A DNA stretch of 64,000 bases, from NCBI GenBank assembly GCA_951406725.2, contig OX597815.1:204352001-204416000 (forward strand), written 5' to 3'. A model generated the notes under the pieces. It saw only the letters and a list, made by a program, of their open reading frames with translations. It was not told where the DNA came from and made no database searches. The stretch is from Octopus vulgaris (Eukaryota). The position numbers and the translations under genes were made by a program. Numbering within the stretch: the stretch's first letter is position 1; each line of letters starts with the position of its first letter. Of the stretch, positions 12,801 through 26,952 are shown in pieces.

Positions 12801-13861
12801 TCTCTGATTGAAAACATTGCTCGTAACGTATCTTCTTATGGTTAACAAATCTGTATTCGTCTGTATCTTTTTTATTTTTTTGTAATATATTTATCTCCGG
12901 GCATAGTTTTTTGTAGCGTTTTTAGACTTATGAATTCTTCACTCCGTCTGTGTTAGTTCGAAAAATTTTTTTTAAATTGTTTTGTTATATTTTTTTGCTT
13001 CGTTTGTGACACGTGCTTTCCTATGCGTGTATGTGTGTCCTATAAATTTCACGTAGTTGTGTAAGCATTAGGATATATGGATATATATGTAATCTTTGGG
13101 TATCAAAATGTATATATGATTGTGTACACTTTTGAGTTTATGCGTAATTAATCAATTTACGTACTTAATGTTTTGTTCCACTTATATTTTATAATTTGTA
13201 AACTTTCCGATGTTGATTTCGCGTGTCTTTCGCACTCGTTTCACTGAGGCACAGTTATTTTTCTTGTTTTCCTGTCTATTTTCACTAGTTCGTTTAGAGT
13301 CCAGTTAAGAATATTGTAGCTGTAACTTATAACATATTATTGTTATTGTTGTTGTTGTTGTTGCTGTTAGTAGTAGTAGTAGTATTCCTTTAACTATCTT
13401 AAGTATTAAACTAATGGTTCTGAATTTCATCTTGAACTTTTCTTTAATTTGCGTCATACTCAGTGTAGTTCATTATTTCCTATCTATATTTCATATCCGT
13501 ATCTACTCTAATTCTCTATATTCTGTTTCTTTATTTCAAAAAATAACATGATATTAATATTTATAATTAATTTTCCACTCATTAAAGTTATTTTGGCACA
13601 TTTTCTAACTCCCATTTAAAATCAATTCGTGTAAATCCGTGCCATGGTAATACCACTCTTTCTAGTTGTTTAGCGTACATTTTGAGGTGTTCCATATACT
13701 GCGATTTTTATCATTATGGTAAGAAATATCATTTGGAAGCAAAAAGAGATTGTAGAGAGGGTCCTCTTGGGATATTTCCTTTCGAACAGGGACAGGATAA
13801 ACTTTTTATAATTCCCTTGTTTGAACCTGCGGCGTTGTTTACCGTTTATATATATATATTT

Positions 13862-14239
13862 TTTTACTTGTTTCGGTCATTTGATTGCGGCCATGCTGGA
13901 GCACCGCCTTTAGTCGAACAAATCGACCCCGGGACTTATTCTTTTTTTGTAAGCCCAGTACTTATTTTATCGGTCTCTTTTGCTGGTAAACACACCAGCA
14001 TCGGTTGTCAAGCAATGCTAGGGGGACAAACACAAACACACAAACACATACATATATATATACATATATACGACGGGCTTCTTTGAGTTTCCGTCTACTA
14101 AATCCACTCACAAGGCATTGGTCGGCCCAGGGCTATAGCCCAAGATGCCACGCAGTGGGACTGAACCCGGAACAATGTGGTTGGTTAGCAAGCTGCTTAC
14201 CACACAGCCACTTCTGCGCCTATGGCCACTCCTGCGCCT
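13862..14239 (-). mobile_element. SINE family A
   Basis: Family A unit with deletions and a duplicated 5' tip. Confidence 0.88.
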
Positions 14240-14759
14240 ATATGTACCTACTTATTATAAGCACTACACTTTTCAGGGTTAATGTGTCTGAGATTCATGT
14301 GTGGTGAACACTGTCGAAAGAAATTTGAAAAGCTAAACGCGAAACCGGTCTTTCTTCTAAATTATGTCATTGTAAGAAAAAATTTTTTAATATTCTTCAG
14401 ACATATTGACGCAAATATATATATTTTTTAACCTTTAAGCCTTCAGTAGTTTTTTCACTTTTTACTATTTTCTATATATGTATATATATATATACATATA
14501 TATGTATATATAAAAAAATATATATATATAATAATTATAATTGTTTTTCTACCTATTATATACATTACATTATTCTTGTAATTTTACTTCATCTTTACTT
14601 TTTAATTCTTATTTTAATTTAACTTTTCTATTATATGTAATTTTCTAGATGTTGTAATTTAATTATTCATTTTGAATTGATAAAAGGTGGGAGTTTTTCT
14701 AATATATATATATATATAAATTTATATAAATAGGTATAAGATCAGCACCAGTAGTACCA

Positions 14760-15060
14760 CAACCACTATGCTTAAACCCTTCTTTCTGTAATTTTCAGTT
14801 ATAATTGCTTTGTTGGTCAGTAATTGATCTTTGCATGCACACTTCTGCTTTTGTGTAAATGTTTGTTTTTGTTTTGTTGTTTTTTTTGGTTTGTTTTTCT
14901 GGGTTTTTTTATTTATTGTGATATTATTGCAGTTAAAGCTTTCTAAACAGTGTGTAGGTTTTTCAGGGTTTCCTGATTCTTTCACCTTGAGAACTACGAT
15001 GTTTTTTTCGTTTTCCGCAGTGAGCCAGACAGATAGAGTTTCTTGTTATTTAGTATATTC
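14760..15060 (-). mobile_element. R4-like reverse transcriptase fragment
   Basis: QKCACKDQLLTNKAI...KKGLSI resembles the EQKGC...CKDQLLINK...NLS motif of R4-clade RTs. Confidence 0.5.
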
Positions 15061-15469
15061 CTAATATTCTGCTTGCACTTTATGCGTTTATTATATATTT
15101 AAACCAGACGTTTTAGATTTGATTATTTCCTTGTGCCTTCCAGTTGTTGTTGTTTTTTTTGGTGGTTTTTTACGCCAGACCCACGTTTTCACATGGCCTC
15201 CTACAAAAGCATATGTGCTGCGTTTTGTTTTCATTTGGGTTTTTTTTTTTATATATAATATCGGAGGTGATGATCCCTTCGCGGTCGATACTTCACTGCA
15301 GAAATTTCTACGCTTCTTGCTATCTGTGGGTGCTAGATTTATATCTATTTTGTTTCAATTGAATTTTTCATAAAATTGTTTTGATTGTGAGGGAAACTGC
15401 ACGTTTTATTTAAGGAATTGCTTCGATGTTTATGCCAATAGTTTCTTTGCGATTGTCTGAAAAGTAGAT

Positions 15470-16340
15470 TATCGAAAAAAATAGATATTTTTTTTAAGAT
15501 AATTTTCTACAAATGCGTTTCAGATGGTGTAGATTACAATTATACCGGAATTTATTGTGAAAAGTTTTTTCCGGAGATGGGAGAGAAGTTTCGGATAATT
15601 CACACGCTTTCATTTTGTTTCCTCATAACTATCAGAAACATAGGTAATTCTTAATAAAATTTTCTATAAATATATTTCAAATGATGTAGATGACGATCAT
15701 ATCAAAATGCAATGTGTAAAAAAATAACTGAGAGGAGGCTGTAGATATTTCAGGCATCTCGACTTTGTTTCCTCATACTTTTGGATGATATAATCACAAT
15801 TATGTTGAAAAGAAATACTTTTGAGACACACATAATCCCTGCTATTTCTAGCATATTAAACGACCACGTAGAAGAAGGGCTATTTTTTAGTTTGTTTAAA
15901 TGAAAAATATTAACACTGCAATAAAATAATGAAACAGATATATGATCAATAATTAGTGTTCGCATTGTACTCACTTTTCTATAATTATTCCCTTTGAGAA
16001 AATCGTCGGTAAAAGGTTGAATAGTCTTCAAAAGTAAGATTTTTAAAACTCTAAATGTAATCTACATCGTCCGAATGTTTGAGGAAACAAAGTCTCGTTG
16101 CTTGAAATATCATCCGTCCTTCCATTTTCCTACATTAAATTTACATTATATGAAAGTTAGCTATAGAAAAATTTCATTAAAATTACCCACTTTTCTGTAA
16201 GTTATGAAGAAACAGATTCGAGGCGTGCGAATTATCCGAAATTCATCTTCATCTTGCTCTCCGTAAAAACCCATATAATCGTAATCCCCACCATCTGAAA
16301 CTCATTGTAGTAAATTTCCTTCAAAAATATCTATTTTTCA
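15470..16340. mobile_element. Decayed fold-back/MITE-like element with long imperfect inverted repeats
   Basis: AAAAATAGATATTTTT...GTTTCAGATGGTG..GATTAC.ATTATA (15477-15544) inverted at 16275-16338; TTCGGATAATTC.CACGC inverted at ~16223; further matches inside. Confidence 0.65.
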
Positions 16341-16592
16341 GAAACCTATGAGGAAACTACTCGGTCGGGGTTCACACTTCTGTAGTATGCCGATGTATAA
16401 ACAGAGACATTAAAAACGCTATCTTGTGTGCAAGATAAGTTAGTCAAACTGAAATCTCCAATAATAAAAGAACCTTGACAACTACATTTTCATGAAAATA
16501 TATTGTAAATTATAAGAATTTTCTTGACAATGTAGGCTTAAATATTTGCTTTGTAGATGTAGATTCTCTCTCTTTCTTTCTCTGTCTGTCTG

Positions 16593-16625
<33 letters not shown>

Positions 16626-16626
16626 G

Positions 16627-16695
<69 letters not shown>

Positions 16696-16850
16696 TTCCA
16701 TTTATGTATCTTTTCTTTTTACCTGTGACTTCATCAAGGATTGATAGACCCGTTTATTCCATTCTCATTGTTTTCTACGTTTCTTTATTGCATTATTTGA
16801 TTTTTCCAACACCTTCCTTCCTTTATGACCGCTGTTGGTGTTTCATGAGA

Positions 16851-17072
16851 TACTCTTTACTCTTTGACTCTTTTACTTGTTTCAGTCATCTGACTGTGGC
16901 CATGCTGGAGCACCGCCTTTAGTCGAGCAAATCGACCCCGGGACTTATTCTTTGTAAGCCCAGTACCTTATCCTATTGGTCTCTTTTGCCGAACCGCTAA
17001 GTGACGGGGACGTAAACACACCTGCATCGGTTGTCAAGCAATGCTAGGGGGACAAACACAGACACACAAACC

Positions 17073-17112
<40 letters not shown>

Positions 17113-17272
17113 CATATATATGACAGGCTTCTTTCAGTTTCCGTCTACCAAACCCACTCACAAGGCATTGGTCGGCCCGGGGCTATAGCAGAAGACACTT
17201 GCTCAAGATGCCACGCAGTGGGAGTGAACCCGGAACCATGTGGTTGGTTAGCAAGCTACTTACCACACAGCC
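16851..17272 (-). mobile_element. SINE family A
   Basis: Near-complete family A unit. Confidence 0.9.
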
Positions 17273-17597
17273 GTCAGTGGTGCAAGGGCTTATATTTGTA
17301 TAGCTGTGTGTTAGGGACGATTGAAATGGCTCGGTGTTGATATGACTTGTGTGTCCATTAGTATGTGTTTAAGGCAAGTAGTTGTCACTGCCTTATTTGA
17401 ACATTTGCAATGCATTGCTTCTATGAGATAAAGAGCAATAACCCCTCACTAATAGATAAATGTATTAAACAGTTATCCTTCAACTTGGTTCGTTAGTATT
17501 TCATCGGTGTTAATGAATACTTTTTGTACTTTGGTATTCTACTCGTATGTTGTTCTCGATGTTCTGCTTAAATCTCACTTGGTGTTGTTGTTTGTAC

Positions 17598-17603
17598 TTA
17601 TTA

Positions 17604-17665
<62 letters not shown>

Positions 17666-17868
17666 CATTATTCAGTAGTTTTATTTTTATAGCGTGCTTT
17701 CACTTCACTACCGAGCGCAGCTCTGTGTGCCTTGGGTATGTGCTGTGATTTGTTGTGATGCTCTGATGGTTATTGTATGGAAAGTGTTCTGCGTTGGATG
17801 TGTGCAGTGCCTAGTAGTGCAATTTTCTGTATGTTATATGTGTTTGTAAGTCCTGGTGTTTTTGTTAT

Positions 17869-17926
<58 letters not shown>

Positions 17927-17955
17927 TGCTGTTGTTCTTATTTAGCAGCATCAGT

Positions 17956-18047
<92 letters not shown>
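17598..18047. repeat. Compound trinucleotide microsatellites (TTA)n, (GCA)n, (GTA)n
   Basis: Directly visible tracts flanking the Dong-like fragment. Confidence 0.95.
17670..17868 (-). mobile_element. R4/Dong-clade LINE 3' end inserted in (TAA)n
   Basis: Minus strand reads ITKTPGLTNTYNIQKIALLGTAHIQRRTLSIQ* then a 3' UTR; (TAA)n on both sides, the known Dong target. Confidence 0.8.
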
Positions 18048-18978
18048 ACGTTCACTGTTTCAACTGCACCTTCCATGATTATGAGATGTGTGCAACATTG
18101 CTTTTTGTTGTGTCTGTCTGTTGTATAAAACATGTGCGATGTGAGTTTATTGGGTCGCAATCGTGTTTTGCCTAAATTGTGTGGCAAGTTGAGTTATAGC
18201 ATTACAAGGAGATTGTTACATACTCTTCACTGTAGAGTATGTCATGTGTGCGTTGTGCTCTATTATTGAGTAGTAGTTGTGTCTACTATAAGTTGTGTAA
18301 TGTTTTAATGGTGTTTTAAGGTTGTGGCGATTTGTTTGAATTTAGGAAAAGACGCCTAGCTCATCAATGAATAGCTGTATTTGAAAACAAATTGGTTCAA
18401 ATAATCTTGAGAATCTGTTTATCACATCTATTTAATGAATCCAACGTTTGTATCAATGGCTGAGTCAGTACACGGTCAGAAGCGCTGGCATGCCCGAATC
18501 AGACGATCTTGATGAATTTTGACATAGCGCTGGTTATGGCGGACTTGAGAGCTTGTCTAAAATGTAGGGTAAATAAAATAAGTTAGAAGGAAGTTGGAGA
18601 TCTTGAAAGAAGTATCCTCAAAAACACTGAAGCACCCTATAGAATCGAGCGTCGATTATCTTTGAATGTGTCGGGTGTCTTGTTATTGGATGGTAACTAT
18701 GTTAAGCATGTTAAGTATGTGTTCTATGTGTTCTATGCATTTGTAGTAGGTGACGATGTTTTGTGATTTATGTATAGAATGTAATATGTGTTATTATTAA
18801 ACATGATGGGTATCGCGTGAATTCTGGGCTGTACTTAGGCGGCATAGTTTTCTTTAACTAAAATAGTTTTTATGCTTTGGTTTATGTTTTACTTTATCAT
18901 GTCTAACGCTCTGATTATTGCTGGTTCTAATTTTACTTTCATAGCTCACATCTTGTTTGTTTCAATTTCATGATCTTG

Positions 18979-19404
18979 TTACTCTTTTACTCTTTTACTC
19001 TTTTACTCTTTTACTTGTTTCAGTCATTTGACTGCGGCCATGCTGGAGCACCGCCTTTAGTCGAGCAAATCGACCCCAGGACTTATTCTTTGTAAGCCCA
19101 GTACTTATTCTATCGGCCGTCTCTTTTGCCGAACAGCTAAGTGACGGGGACGTAAACACACCAGCATCGGTTGTCAAGCAATGCTAGGGGGACAAACACA
19201 GACACACAAACATACACACAAATACATATATATATATACATATATACGACAGGCTTCTTTCAGTTTCAGTCTACCAAATCCACTCACAAGACATTGGTCG
19301 GCCCGAGGCTATAGTAGAAGACACTCGCCCAAGATGCCACGCAGTGGGACTGAACCCGGAACCATGTGGTTGGTAAGCAAGCTACTTACCACACAGCCAC
19401 TCCT
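18979..19404 (-). mobile_element. SINE family A
   Basis: Complete unit with (GTAAAAGA)n tail. Confidence 0.92.
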
Positions 19405-21491
19405 AATATTTTCCTCGATTTTTCACGAGATGGTATTTTGCTTAAAAGAGATCATAATGCAGAAGTTCGTTATTCTTTATATTTTCTAATGCTATATTTC
19501 TGTAGCATTTGTCTGTCCTTTTATTTTATTTTTCATTGAAGTCTTTTCGTTATTGATTTAAGTTATGATTAATAGTTCTTTTCTGTTACTTTTTTCAACA
19601 ATCTTCATGTTTGGTTTTTGTACTTTTTCTTTTTCTTTTTGCTTGGGATTTGATATACTTATCAGAACAGACTTCAAAGGGGACCCACACTTCTTCAAAA
19701 ATATTCTTTCTTCGTTGCTTGTATTTTTTAAGTATTCTTTCTTTTAAATAACGTAATTCTATGCTTATGACTACATCTTTCCTTTTGAAGGTTTATCTTC
19801 TTAAATTATCCAGTCTGTTAGGACAAAGTTAATTTTAGATCAGGAGTAGTTTCCCACATATATGCACAAGCTGTTCATTTTAGTGTTGTTAGAGTCACCT
19901 CGAAAATATGCATGCATTATAGAAATGTATTCTTCTCCATATTGTCCTTATCGTGTTATTTGTCTGAGCTTTTATTTAGATTGTTCTATTTATATTTAAA
20001 CATCCTTGTACGCTTTCTATTTTTAACCGTGGGCTAAATTACGCGGCTTACGTGTGTAGAGTTTGCATTTGAGGTGGAGAGGGGCTGAATCTGTTTCGGT
20101 GGTGATGTTACTTGTGCTTCGACAGTACGTTTACACCTGGTAGCTAAATAGCCGTCAGTGCAAACATTTGCAATATATTACATATATGAAGCGAAAAGAA
20201 ATAAAATTTTATCAAGTCAATGCATTACTTAGGCGAGTTTAATAGGAGACTTCAATAAGTTTAATTGCCGTGAGGAGTGTGAGATTTAACGTATCAGTTG
20301 CTTTGCTTTTGCCTGAGAGTTATGAATAGAGAGAAAGGTGTATGGTCGCTTAGGTTGTGATCAAATGAATTATGGAAAATTTGAAATGAGTTTGCGACGG
20401 CCGGATGAGAGGTTGTGTGAGTGCTCATAAGATGGAAGTGCGACGTGAACTGGTGGGAATGAGGCAAAGAAAAGGAGGAGAGAAATTGAAAGAAACAAAT
20501 GCCGCAAACAACAAAAGATAAAGGAAGAAATCGCGTTGAAGAGGGAGAAGGGAAACAGTAAACAAAAGGAGTGGAAGATATAAAGCACTGCACCCCAAAA
20601 AGCTATTTAAGTCTAAAGGCAATTATAGAATAATCTTAATTTAGAATGACCGAATTATTTTGCCAATGGTTGCAAAAGCGGTTATTCACACATATACACA
20701 TAAACTCATACAGACGTACGTATATACATTTGTAAAAGAAAGGAATACAGTTGCATATATATATATTTGCATTGATGCAATGCTTACACATTAACAAAAA
20801 TGTCCCCCCTTTACAGACACACATTCATAAAGATACGTAAACGCAAAGACGAAAGGGCAAGCGCACCCATGCATATATTCCTTTACACAAACCCGCACAA
20901 ATATGCACATTATAGATACAGAATGTTTTGAATTAAAACTACCGAAGGGGAGAGGATAGTAATGTCGAGCCTGGGAAAGCTTGACTCAAGTATTTTCTTG
21001 GGCATGTGGGTGAGAGGGAATGCAAAAATCATATGATTTTCGGGAAAATATTTGTGAGACAAAGATTGAGAGAGTAATGAAAAGAGACACATGCCCTTGT
21101 GTCTGTGAAAGTCAGTTGAGCAATATCGTAGCAAAATATAGAGCGATGTATAGTCACATTAGTGGCTAACCAAATTAAAGCGACGGGTAAAGAGTTTAAG
21201 TGCTGCAGTGGGGTGTTGTTACAAATGTTGTTGTTAGGATGTTTACGGAATGCATTACTAAAGAGAGGATCGTTTGGGGAAGGCAAAAGTTGCGAAGAAT
21301 GATGCTCTGCAGCAACTGGGTCAAACGCAGTAGTGAAAGGTAAAAGGGAATATGATCTCGTCCTCAAGTTTGCATAAATAAATAAACGCCTTTCTGTATA
21401 TATATTTATTTGTATCCATGTGTGTAATTGTGACTGCGTGTATGTATGGGTGTATATGTATAAACATACATACAGACTCACTACATATATT

Positions 21492-21890
21492 GGAGCAGGC
21501 GTGGTTATGTGGTAAGAGGCTTGCTTCCCAAACACATGCTTCCGGGTTCAGTCCCACTGGGTAGCACCTAGGGGCAAGTTTCCTTTATTATAGCTTGGAG
21601 CCGACTAAAAGCCTCTTGAGTGGATCTGGTTGACGGAAACTGAATGAAGCCCGTTGAATGTATACATGTGTGTGTACGCGCGCGTGTGTGTCGGTGTGTC
21701 TGTGTTTGATCCTACCACCGATTGATAACCGGTGTTGACGTGTCTTCGTCCCCGTAAGGTAGTAGTTCGGTAAAAGAGATCGATAGAATAAGCACCAGGC
21801 TTAACTAAAAAATAAGTACTGGGGTGAATTCATTCGACTACAAATCTTTCAAGGCGGTGCCCCAGCATAAGCACAGTCTGAAACAAGTAA
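21492..21890 (+). mobile_element. SINE family A, older diverged copy
   Basis: Colinear with family A but with many substitutions. Confidence 0.8.
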
Positions 21891-21913
21891 TATATATATG
21901 TGTGTATATATAT

Positions 21914-22320
21914 AGGCACAGGAGTGGCTGTGTGGTAAGTAGCTTGCTTACCAACCACATGGTTCCGGGTTCAGTCCCACTGCGTGGCACCTTGGGCAAG
22001 TGTCTTCTACTATGGCCTCGGGCTGACCAAAACCTTGTGAATGGATTTGGTAGACGGAAACTGAAAGAAGTCCTCGTATATATGTATATATATATATGTA
22101 TGTGTATGTGTTTGTGTGTCTGTGTTTGTCCCCCCAACATCGCTTGACAACCGATGCTGGTGTGTTGACGTCCCCGCCACTTAGCGATTCGGCAAAGGAG
22201 ACCGATAGAATAAGTACTAGGCTTACAAAGAATAAGTCCTGGGGTCGATTCGCTCGACTAAAAGGTGGTGCTCCAGCATGGCCGCAGTCAAATGACTGAA
22301 ACAAGTAAAAGAGAAAAAGA

Positions 22321-22322
<2 letters not shown>
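21914..22322 (+). mobile_element. SINE family A
   Basis: Complete unit, in tandem with the older copy. Confidence 0.92.
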
Positions 22323-22366
<44 letters not shown>

Positions 22367-22562
22367 CAAATATGAAAATGGACAAACAAATTTAGTTTGT
22401 TCCTCAACTTTCGGATATTATAATGTTGGATTATTTATTCATTTAACAAAATGAGAACATCAATAGCATACATATGTATCATATAATTCAATACATATAA
22501 GATATAAGATAAGAATACAAATTATAAAAGTCATAATATAAATTAATGAAATCATTAAAATC

Positions 22563-22699
22563 ACTTCTTACAGCTGTTTCAGCCTATGGCTAAAAGTAGA
22601 TAGTTTTATTTTCATTGTCTATAGGTGTCAACATACTGAGGTTGTAGGCATTTAAAAATAGGGTACTTATATATATAACCATAGGCCTCGTCAGAGGTT
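22563..22699 (-). ncRNA. Type I hammerhead ribozyme with greatly extended stem II loop
   Basis: Minus strand: CT-CTGACGA-GGCCTATGGTTA-(~83 nt)-TAGCCATAGGCT-GAAA-CAGCTG-TA-AG. Canonical core, 12-bp stem II, palindromic stem III, weak stem I. Confidence 0.65.
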
Positions 22700-22873
22700 A
22701 TAAGGAACTTTAAAAATATTAATATTAATACATTAAACATGATACACGTATTATTTAATATATATAAAAAAATAAATAAATATCCATATAGATATGGATA
22801 TATACTGTACCAACGGTATATTGGAAAAATGCTATCCCATTGTGGGTTACACCCATAACCCCTATCTTACTTT

Positions 22874-22944
<71 letters not shown>

Positions 22945-23487
22945 AAGAATATTGTGCGGGGAAAGAGCAAATCCATTACTTGCAATTAAATTGAACATGG
23001 TAACACGTAACATGTTGTTTTAGATGTCTATGTTCTTGCAAGGAGACATAGATCACACTTGGCCTTCCAGCATTTGACTCAATGGAACATTCATGAAGTC
23101 ACAGGGAGAGGTAGGTGATTGCACCAGTACTGGACTGGTCTTTAGTTTCGATTGAGATAAAATATTTATACATAAATACTTGCTCAAGAAGATAATACCC
23201 TGTTCGCTTCGGGAATCGAAACTTCAAATCTATGAGCATCAAACCGACTACACACTAACCACTAGTCCGAGCATTATACCATTCCTCTTGGACAAATTAA
23301 AGTTATAGAAGACCTCTATTAACTCACCTAAATAATGTATTAACTTAATAAAATTCTATTATGATTTATATATCCACCCATCCAATCATATTTTCCACTC
23401 TCTATTCCTAAGAGAGCCATGGAAATAGGGTCTTCATGAACCTCCTCCATAAGGTCATCACACTTTCTTTTCTCTCCAATCACTACC

Positions 23488-23721
23488 TATTTCTTTATTA
23501 CCCACAAGGGGCTAAACACAGAGGGGACAAACAAGGACAGACAAACGGATTAAGTCGATTACATCGACCCCAGTGCGTAACTGGTACTTAATTTATCGAC
23601 CCCGAAAGGATGAAAGGCAAAGTCGACCTCGGCGGAATGAGAACTCACAACGTAACGCAGACGAAATACCGCTAAGCATTTCGCCCGGCGTGCTAACGTT
23701 TTTGCCAGCTCACCGCCTTTG
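23488..23721 (-). mobile_element. SINE family B (Meta-domain-like) monomer
   Basis: Contains GACTTTGCCTTTCATCCTTTCGGGGTCGATAAATTAAGTACCAG (Meta-domain-like); TSD ATCACTACC at 23479-23487 and 23722-23730. Confidence 0.9.
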
Positions 23722-24875
23722 ATCACTACCGGTTGTTCTCTCCAATCACTACCGGTTGTTCTCTCCTGGGACACGCATCTTTTCTGCTCCCAGCCAATGC
23801 CTGTCAGAACAAGTTGCAGGCTTATTGTTGGTTGTACCCGCATTGATTAAAGGCTGCAGCATCTGTTTCGAATGGATCCCTCTACATGAGATCCGAAAGC
23901 GACGGGTGTTGCAGTATGGTTATTCGTTTGAACCCCCTTTCATATTGCAGTTTGTGGTGGTCTTATTTGCGCCAGGCAACAAAATGGTATTTATATTGGA
24001 ACCGCGAAGGAAGTATCAATGTAACTAAAGGGAACATCAAGTTTTAGCCAACTGTTCCCGCCTCTCTTGCTACTATTTCTCTTATTTTTCCCTCAAAACT
24101 CTCTTCCACGCCATTTTAATCATAACAACCTTATTTATTTCTGATACTCATTTGTAATGGTTATAATGTGTTCTGTTCGCGATTGTTTAATTCTTAATTT
24201 CTGAAACGAATTTTGCTTGAAATTTTACTTCTTCTGCAAATATCATAGCAGAAACGATGCAATGTTTATATTGCAACGATGCAATATTTATATTGTTTTT
24301 CGTCAAAGGTCAATTGTATTAACCAAGATTTCATTCATTTAGAAATGTCATAATATCCAGTCCAATCAGCTTTAAATACTTATTTGTGAATCATCAAATA
24401 ATTGCACAATTTATAAACATTTATTAACCAATGTATTATTCCAAAATTTCACTTACGCTTGATGATAGGTCACATGAAAATCGGAGTAACAGTTTGCGAA
24501 GATTTTTTACCTGCAATAAAACAGTATATTTTATTTGACCTTCGGTATTTGAGCGCTCTTTTATTCCATCTTGGTTTGCATCTATATGCTCACATGAGTC
24601 TCTCTTTCTCCCTCTCTCTCTCTTTCTCTCTCTCTCTCTCTTTCTCTCTCACTTTCTCCTTCTTTCTCTCTCTTCATGTATGTATGTATGTAATAAATGT
24701 CATGACTACCGAAGTACATCCAGTGAAATATTCAGGTTATGTATACAGAGAATTTAGCCCTTATGAGTATTTTAGCCTAAGGGCTCATCCAAAAGTGTAC
24801 GTTATATTGGTCGTATGGTATTTGATATACGCCAGAATGTCCGATGAGTCGGGTTTCCAGTGAAGTGCATTATAA

Positions 24876-24928
24876 ACAAATAAATAACAAATGAAGTGAC
24901 ACGTATCCATCATTTGTTATTTATTTGT
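24876..24928. repeat. Short perfect hairpin (19-bp arms)
   Basis: ACAAATAAATAACAAATGA ... TCATTTGTTATTTATTTGT. Confidence 0.8.
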
Positions 24929-25597
24929 GTGTGTGTGTGTGTGTGTGTACATATATCTACATATATAAAACTCAACTTGTGTGTCTGTGTGTGTATCTAT
25001 GTGTATGTCTGTGTGTGTATCTGTGTGTGTGTCTGTGTGCTTAACTTCCCGGCACATCTCCTCCTAGCCAATAAATCGTAGAACCACCAAAAATGGGTCA
25101 CTTAAAGTTTAGGCGAATGAAAATTGAACTGCGCTATTTCTGTTCCGAAATTTATCTCGCAAGTGCAAAAATCGATAATGTGTTTGTTTAGGCCTTATCC
25201 CATGCATTGAATAGTGAACTTTACTCAGTCAGCTGTTTGACGTGAACTGTGTTCACCACGCGTGCAAGCATGCGTAAATTGCATGAAAAATAAAAAATCA
25301 AGATATAAAAACGAATCGCCGTAAACATTGTAGAAATTCGGCAAAGAAATGAATTTTCGGGATGTAGCCTGGAGGGTTTTTTTCGTATTAATCGTTTGGA
25401 CTTTGTGAACACATACCAATTGTTTTCATAACATTTTTAACGCTTTGAATTAAATGTGACCATTTTGCGTTGAGTCTGCAGTTTGAATCACCTTAACCAA
25501 ATTTTAGCAGGCCGGATTTTTGATCATCACGATACATCGCCAGCGACTCCCTGAAACTCTCCCCTGAAATCCCCGTTGAGAAATCTATATATACGTC

Positions 25598-25734
25598 TAA
25601 TTGTTAAAGAGAACAATTAAATGCTAAGACAAGACAAACATCTCAAGTCAAATACATTATTATTATTGGAAAAATATGTAAATGACTTGAGATGTTTGTC
25701 TTGCATTAGCGTTTCTTGTCCTCTTTAACAATTA
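25598..25734. repeat. Imperfect palindromic element
   Basis: TAATTGTTAAAGAG...CAAGACAAACATCTCAAGTCA is mirrored by TGACTTGAGATGTTTGTCTTG...CTCTTTAACAATTA. Confidence 0.85.
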
Positions 25735-25738
25735 TATA

Positions 25739-26127
25739 TCTCTATATAAAGCTGAAGTTGTCTGTCTATGGCAAGTTTGGTAGCCTTCAACTAACACTAT
25801 CTCCTCCGAGACCCGGCGGCACAAGTTGACCGAAATTGAGAGTATGATAGAAGAAGGCTTGCTCTTCCTTCCGTAGAAGAAAAAATTGAAATCAGACCAT
25901 GTTAACATCAAAAATTATTTACATCAAAAAGGTGCTTTTTTTTCTATAAAAATCCCTATTTTTTACGATATTTTGACTGCTGTGTCGCCATTTTTCGGTG
26001 TATTTCAACCAGAAAAATGTTCACTCAAAGAGAATAACAAGCTGCATAATGCAAAATTTTTACTTTTCAAAAATTCCAATTATAAAGGGTCGAAACAAAA
26101 ATGAGCAACGCCGGGCGATACTGCTAG
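25739..26127 (+). mobile_element. Non-autonomous Helitron (different body, same 3' end as family H1)
   Basis: 5' TC(TCTATATAAA), 3' GAGCAACGCCGGGCGATACTGCTAG; inserted between A and T. Confidence 0.8.
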
Positions 26128-26144
26128 TATATATATATAATACA

Positions 26145-26214
<70 letters not shown>

Positions 26215-26216
<2 letters not shown>

Positions 26217-26632
26217 GTACAGGGTGTCACCAACAGTAAACAACATGAAATACGAAAACAAATACGCAAACAACGACAGACGAAATGGAAAACAGGACGA
26301 GTAACATAATGGACGACTCTTCATCAGTTGTCGGATGTCTATCTACTCCTTATTTCGAGCATTAAATGACAATATGAGTCTTCGAAGACAGCTACTCCCA
26401 TAAAAACCTAAAATAAAATTTTGGATATATGGAGGATCAAAGTTGGGAACAAAAACAGGACAGTGGAAACATATAAGGAAACCGAACGAAAACAGACATG
26501 GAGGTAGAGTAGAGACCAGGACGAGGGTAAAATGGCGAACGCTGGAGAAATATTTTCTTTGAAGAGAGAAATGATAGAAGAGAGAGATAGAAAACATCCA
26601 GTCCTAAGAGGTCCTGGAGGAAAAGAGATGGA

Positions 26633-26635
<3 letters not shown>
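26215..26635 (-). mobile_element. Putative Penelope-like terminal repeat family P1
   Basis: Reverse-complement homologue of 6400-6815; flanked by (TA)n on both sides. Confidence 0.6.
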
Positions 26636-26665
<30 letters not shown>

Positions 26666-26675
<10 letters not shown>

Positions 26676-26809
26676 TAATAAGGGTTTTTTGCAACAAGTT
26701 GCTTAAACCACATACCGAAAATATTAGAAATATTCTTATTCTAATTTCTAATATTTTTGGTATGTGGTTTAAGCAACTTGTTGCAGAAAACCCTTATTAT
26801 AATTATATA
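26666..26809. repeat. Near-perfect fold-back palindrome in (TA)n
   Basis: Arms ~26666-26731 and ~26744-26809 (AATAAGGGTTTT...GCAACAAGTTGCTTAAACCACATACC); 12-nt spacer. Confidence 0.9.
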
Positions 26810-26898
26810 AATTTTTACCGAATTTGGTCCTTTCCATACCAAAATACTACTAGGTGAAATTTATTGATTTCATTAAGTTAATTATATTTCACCCTATA

Positions 26899-26952
<54 letters not shown>

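Noticed and set aside
14335-14358. Half-hammerhead GAAACCGGTC (a similar motif on the minus strand at ~7748-7776)
   Set aside because: At 14335 no CUGANGA box could be placed. At ~7748-7776 the core reads CUGAUAA. Neither site has pairing stems I and II.
17300-18900. Possible decayed PLE reverse transcriptase or N-terminal region on the minus strand
   Set aside because: Only vague motif resemblance, not supportable without a profile search.
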